IMG/VR virus record: IMGVR_UViG_3300007965_000016
Coordinates: 1-29,411 of that record
Direction: 5' to 3' (one strand)
DNA: 29,411 nucleotides
DNA from: a virus
Lineage: Duplodnaviria > Caudoviricetes
Shown: piece after piece, positions 26,129-29,411 of the stretch
Layout of the letters: each line of letters starts with the position of its first letter
Numbering within the stretch: the first letter of the stretch is position 1
Notes under the pieces: model-generated
Told to the model about the DNA's origin: nothing
The model's input: only the letters and a program-made list of their open reading frames with translations
The model's database searches: none
Program-made: the position numbers and the translations under genes

Positions 26129-26658
26129 GCCAGCAACTTCTGCGCTTTCTGAAACATGGCCAGCCGTTCGGTGTAGCCATTGAATCCGCCATTGATGATT
26201 CTTGTGCATGTGCGAAAGTCGCCCCTGTCAGCCGACTCATTCAGCCAGTGGGATTGCCAAAACCACATTGCGCTGCGCACCGCCATCAGCGGATCAGCCA
26301 GCTTGTTTGGGTTTTGTATGAAGTCTGTTGCGAGAGCATCGCTCAGTTTTTGGTAGTTGCTTCGTCCAGTGATCTGGATCAGGCCACGACCTCGATACCT
26401 GAAGCCATCTCCAGGGACAAGATTCCCCAAATCAACTCTACCCTCGTATCGCTTCTGAGCATCAGTTGGCCCCCATAACTCAGTGAGCCATCGGAACCCC
26501 CCAGATTCATGCCCCACCTGAGCGATGAATGCAGTCATGCGCTCCTTGGTATTGATATCAAATTGCGGAGCTTCCGAGTTGATGAGAGGCGCAAATATCT
26601 TGGCCCGGTTAATACGCGCACCGGTAATTTGAACCAGGTCTTGTGGTGTGATATTCAT
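26125..26658 (-). CDS. endolysin, glycoside hydrolase family 19 (177 aa)
   Basis: AFIAQVGHESGG, YRGRGLIQITGRSNY, SAMWFW and TRIINGG motifs; ATGA-coupled start at 26658. Confidence 0.93.
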   Translation of the reverse strand: MNITPQDLVQITGARINRAKIFAPLINSEAPQFDINTKERMTAFIAQVGHESGGFRWLTELWGPTDAQKRYEGRVDLGNLVPGDGFRYRGRGLIQITGRSNYQKLSDALATDFIQNPNKLADPLMAVRSAMWFWQSHWLNESADRGDFRTCTRIINGGFNGYTERLAMFQKAQKLLA

Positions 26659-27032
26659 TTCGGCCCCATTAGGAATGCACGCCAAACAGCCGCAAGCCCC
26701 CACCCAATGAACCCAAGCAGCCCCCACTTGGCCAGCTCTCTGGACATCATCTGCCAGAAAGCTGCGACAGACTCCGCCCGCTTGATGGATGCCTCGTGCT
26801 CTCTACGATGCTGACCTGCATCTCCGCCAGGAAACGCAGAGTTCAGGAGCTTGGCAATCTCTACAGCCAGCTCTTTTGTCTCGTCTTCCATGTGCTTGCT
26901 CAGGCGTTGATCCATTTTTTCAATACCGGCTGACACCGTGTTGATCATGTGGAGTAACGCAGCCGTCTCCGCAGCCCTGTGGCTGAGAACAACGCCATGT
27001 TGGTCTTCTTCAGACATTGGAGGTAGCGCCAT
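26655..27032 (-). CDS. membrane-anchored lysis-region protein (holin/antiholin-like)
   Basis: Coiled-coil plus C-terminal TM (WGLLGFIGWGLAAVW); directly upstream of the endolysin. Confidence 0.6.
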   Translation of the reverse strand: MALPPMSEEDQHGVVLSHRAAETAALLHMINTVSAGIEKMDQRLSKHMEDETKELAVEIAKLLNSAFPGGDAGQHRREHEASIKRAESVAAFWQMMSRELAKWGLLGFIGWGLAAVWRAFLMGPK

Positions 27033-27378
27033 TGCAGTGTTTTCCAGATGGATCGAATGGGTCGAGTAAGTGATAGCAGATGACTTGCGCGTAATGCTTG
27101 TTCATGCAAGCTTGGCCAGAGATGTATCGAGAGAGCCTTCCGGTCACAAGCTCAAGCGGAGACTTTGGAAGCTCTTTGAAAAACAGCGTGGCTACGGTCA
27201 CGTTGATCAGCCAGTCCAGAAAGGCTCCAATAGCCAGGGCCGGGAACCCAAGCGCCATGGCTTGCCATGAGAGCTTTTTCGAGAGGTAGGCCCGGTACAG
27301 GCCAATCACAATGATGTAGAGATACCATAGCAACCACAGGTACAGCGGAATCTCAAGCAGCATGTACAAGATGTTCAT
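27010..27378 (-). CDS. hypothetical membrane protein (122 aa)
   Basis: Two hydrophobic helices; C-terminal LLDPFDPSGKHC; overlapping coupled gene ends. Confidence 0.7.
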   Translation of the reverse strand: MNILYMLLEIPLYLWLLWYLYIIVIGLYRAYLSKKLSWQAMALGFPALAIGAFLDWLINVTVATLFFKELPKSPLELVTGRLSRYISGQACMNKHYAQVICYHLLDPFDPSGKHCNGATSNV

Positions 27379-27530
27379 GGTAATGTTTTCCTTGCTACGT
27401 TCTCGCTCGGTTCAACATAATTCGCCGCATCTTCAGGCAAATATATCCCTCCAATCTGCTCGCATAACCATAGCAGATTGTCGGATAGCAAGTCGATGAA
27501 CTGATAAAAGATGTCAAACGGCGACTTCAT
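27375..27530 (-). CDS. small hypothetical protein (51 aa)
   Basis: ATG 27530 with SD GAGG; its stop overlaps the next ATG (ATGA). Confidence 0.45.
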   Translation of the reverse strand: MKSPFDIFYQFIDLLSDNLLWLCEQIGGIYLPEDAANYVEPSENVARKTLP

Positions 27531-28047
27531 CGGCAACCTCTTCTGGGTACTTGGCCATGATCTCATCCATGACGGAGAGCAGTGCAGCAAAGCACGCGCG
27601 GGATGAGTCAACAATGTCGGTGCGAGAACGCAACTTATGCAACTCTTGAAGCGCAGCTTGTCTGTCTTGCCATGTCAAGTGAGATGTCGGGTAGCCAATC
27701 AGCTTGCGACGCATGATCTCTCCACCCATCAGGTGTGCTCCGGTCAAGACATAGCAAGCGCCAGCAATGTCATTCTCCGTCTTGAGTGTCTGGATGTAGA
27801 GATTGGCGGCCTTGGAGTCCTCAAGATTGAAACCGCTGTCTGTGATGTCGTTTGCCAGCAGGTACTCACGCTGCAACAAGTAGGCCATGCTGTCGTCGAT
27901 GGCGCTGTGAATCTGGTGCAGTGCGGTGAGCCATGCTGCGTACCATTTCTTTGGCGGGTTCCCTTGAGCCATCGCGTGCCCAACAGGGTGCGCTTCGCAG
28001 GCGTGGTGGATGTCTCGTGTTGCTTCCCAGAGAGGGGTGATAGACAT
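27514..28047 (-). CDS. heme oxygenase-like protein (177 aa)
   Basis: LWEATRDIHHACE (proximal His helix) and YVLTGAHLMGGEIM (distal helix, compare YLGDLSGGQ); SD AAGGA. Confidence 0.75.
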   Translation of the reverse strand: MSITPLWEATRDIHHACEAHPVGHAMAQGNPPKKWYAAWLTALHQIHSAIDDSMAYLLQREYLLANDITDSGFNLEDSKAANLYIQTLKTENDIAGACYVLTGAHLMGGEIMRRKLIGYPTSHLTWQDRQAALQELHKLRSRTDIVDSSRACFAALLSVMDEIMAKYPEEVADEVAV

Positions 28048-28062
28048 GGCGTAAATCCTTTC

Positions 28063-28611
28063 TTAAATGGGCCAAGCTAGAGGAGGGAGAAGGGGTTCAA
28101 TGTCAGCGTATGAGGATGGGGCCACTCGGGTTCCAGAAGCCACCTCTTCGAGCACTGTGTACAGCGCGGCCCAGGTATCGTCCCGCGCATGAAGCGCATA
28201 GGTTCCCTCAAGCTGGAACCTTGGAACAGTGGAGCCTACATACGTGGTTGCGCTCAGGATGCCATCGTAATTGCGTGTCTTTGCAAAATCGTCCAGCCTT
28301 TGTTGAGCAGCATTCACAATCCCATCTTGAAGCTCTTTGGCGGCCTTTGCTTGATTCTCTGCAACTTGAGTTGGCGTGAGATCGTTGACCTGCCACTGCT
28401 GGGTGAACACACCCCCAACCAGAGCAGGTGGTAACTCTGTCACGCTCTGGGTAACGCGGTCATAGGTAGGTGTCACCAGTGCCACGCGAGGGTATCCAAC
28501 AGAGGCAAGAATCTCGTCAGTCAATATCTGAGGAAGGAAAAAGCCTGATGCGTGTACTCGAATCTCAGCATGAGAGTGGAATACCATATTCGTATTTTCG
28601 TGAATCCACAT
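28063..28611 (-). CDS. tail fibre assembly/chaperone-like protein (182 aa)
   Basis: PTYDRVTQ..QQWQV and QRLDDFAKTRNYDGILSA...LPPLAWP patterns; follows the fibre gene. Confidence 0.7.
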   Translation of the reverse strand: MWIHENTNMVFHSHAEIRVHASGFFLPQILTDEILASVGYPRVALVTPTYDRVTQSVTELPPALVGGVFTQQWQVNDLTPTQVAENQAKAAKELQDGIVNAAQQRLDDFAKTRNYDGILSATTYVGSTVPRFQLEGTYALHARDDTWAALYTVLEEVASGTRVAPSSYADIEPLLPPLAWPI

Positions 28612-28626
28612 AATTTTCCCCAATCC

Positions 28627-29409
28627 TTAAAAGTAATCAAATGTCAGTGTTGATGGATACCTGCGGCCAGGCCCCCAGATAATTCTGATGCCCCCTATGG
28701 AGTTATGTCCTCCACCGCCATAAAGACCAGGAATATTAGCTTCGCTGTAAATCCCAGAACTGTTTCCACCTCCGCTTCCTCCACCACCAATAATAGTGGC
28801 TGACGGGCCTTCGCCTTTTAGACCAACACCCCCTCCTGCCACCATTAAGTAGTTTAAGAGGCCGGAGCGGTTTGTTGCGGATTGGGAGCCACCGCCTCCG
28901 CCTCCGCCAAAAATAGGAGTTGGGAGTAGGGTTAGATCAACACCATACGGAGCAGCCGGTACGCCATCTCCTCCGTTACCAGAATATCCAGCAGCGCCTC
29001 CGTATCCAATACCTAAAGTCGAATAAAGAAGCGGTGGCCCAATACCTCCGTTACCACCTCCATCGCCGAGGTTTGGTGTTGCGTCAATCGTGGAGTTCCC
29101 ACCGGCAGCACTACAAACAGAAACCCCATTTATTTGCAAAACTGACCCATAGCCTCCTCCGCCAACGTACATGGTCGCAGTATCTCCTGGGCTGACGGGT
29201 ATGTTATTTTTGTACCGTAAATTTCCACCATTTGCAGAACTTGTGTAGACTTTTTCGTCTCGGTACGAGTCGTAATACCATGCCATAATCCCTCCTGAGC
29301 CAACGCAGACTGCGCAGATGGAGTACACCTCATCAGGGATGATGAAGGTGTAAGTACCAGCAGCAGGTGGAGTCTCAATCTGCCCACCTGGGAGCTTAGT
29401 TCTTTGCGG
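28627..29409 (-). CDS. glycine-rich tail fibre / receptor-binding protein, 5' end outside the window
   Basis: The frame stays open to the window edge (..GTYTFIIPDEVYSICAVCVGSGG..); poly-Gly tracts; GGIRIIWG terminal motif. Confidence 0.75.
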   Translation of the reverse strand, partial: PQRTKLPGGQIETPPAAGTYTFIIPDEVYSICAVCVGSGGIMAWYYDSYRDEKVYTSSANGGNLRYKNNIPVSPGDTATMYVGGGGYGSVLQINGVSVCSAAGGNSTIDATPNLGDGGGNGGIGPPLLYSTLGIGYGGAAGYSGNGGDGVPAAPYGVDLTLLPTPIFGGGGGGGSQSATNRSGLLNYLMVAGGGVGLKGEGPSATIIGGGGSGGGNSSGIYSEANIPGLYGGGGHNSIGGIRIIWGPGRRYPSTLTFDYF

Positions 29410-29411
29410 AA

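Overview
About 29 kb of a temperate, podovirus-like tailed phage, probably with a proteobacterial host. The left end has small + strand genes, an apparently intact attP (a tRNA-Leu-like 3' end flanked by arm-type repeats) and a tyrosine integrase. The rest is a - strand late region. In transcription order it encodes a Gly-rich tail fibre (partial), a fibre chaperone, a heme-oxygenase-like protein, a lysis cluster with a GH19 endolysin and a 3-TM holin, scaffold, major capsid protein, adaptor, nozzle and a tail protein. These are followed by an acyl carrier protein (ACP), a GNAT-like protein, several internal virion/ejection proteins, a lytic transglycosylase (SLT) domain and a 3558-aa giant virion protein with a zincin motif. 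Best leads: (1) an ACP, a P-loop-less GNAT-like protein and a Met-Cys hydrophobic ejection protein in a row, suggesting phage-encoded lipidation of a virion protein; (2) a hairpin-stimulated -1 frameshift signal that would fuse an ejection protein to the SLT domain; (3) a 27-bp late-promoter-like motif and a shared cUACGg RNA motif in head-gene leaders. All product calls come from motif and synteny recognition by eye; no database searches were run.
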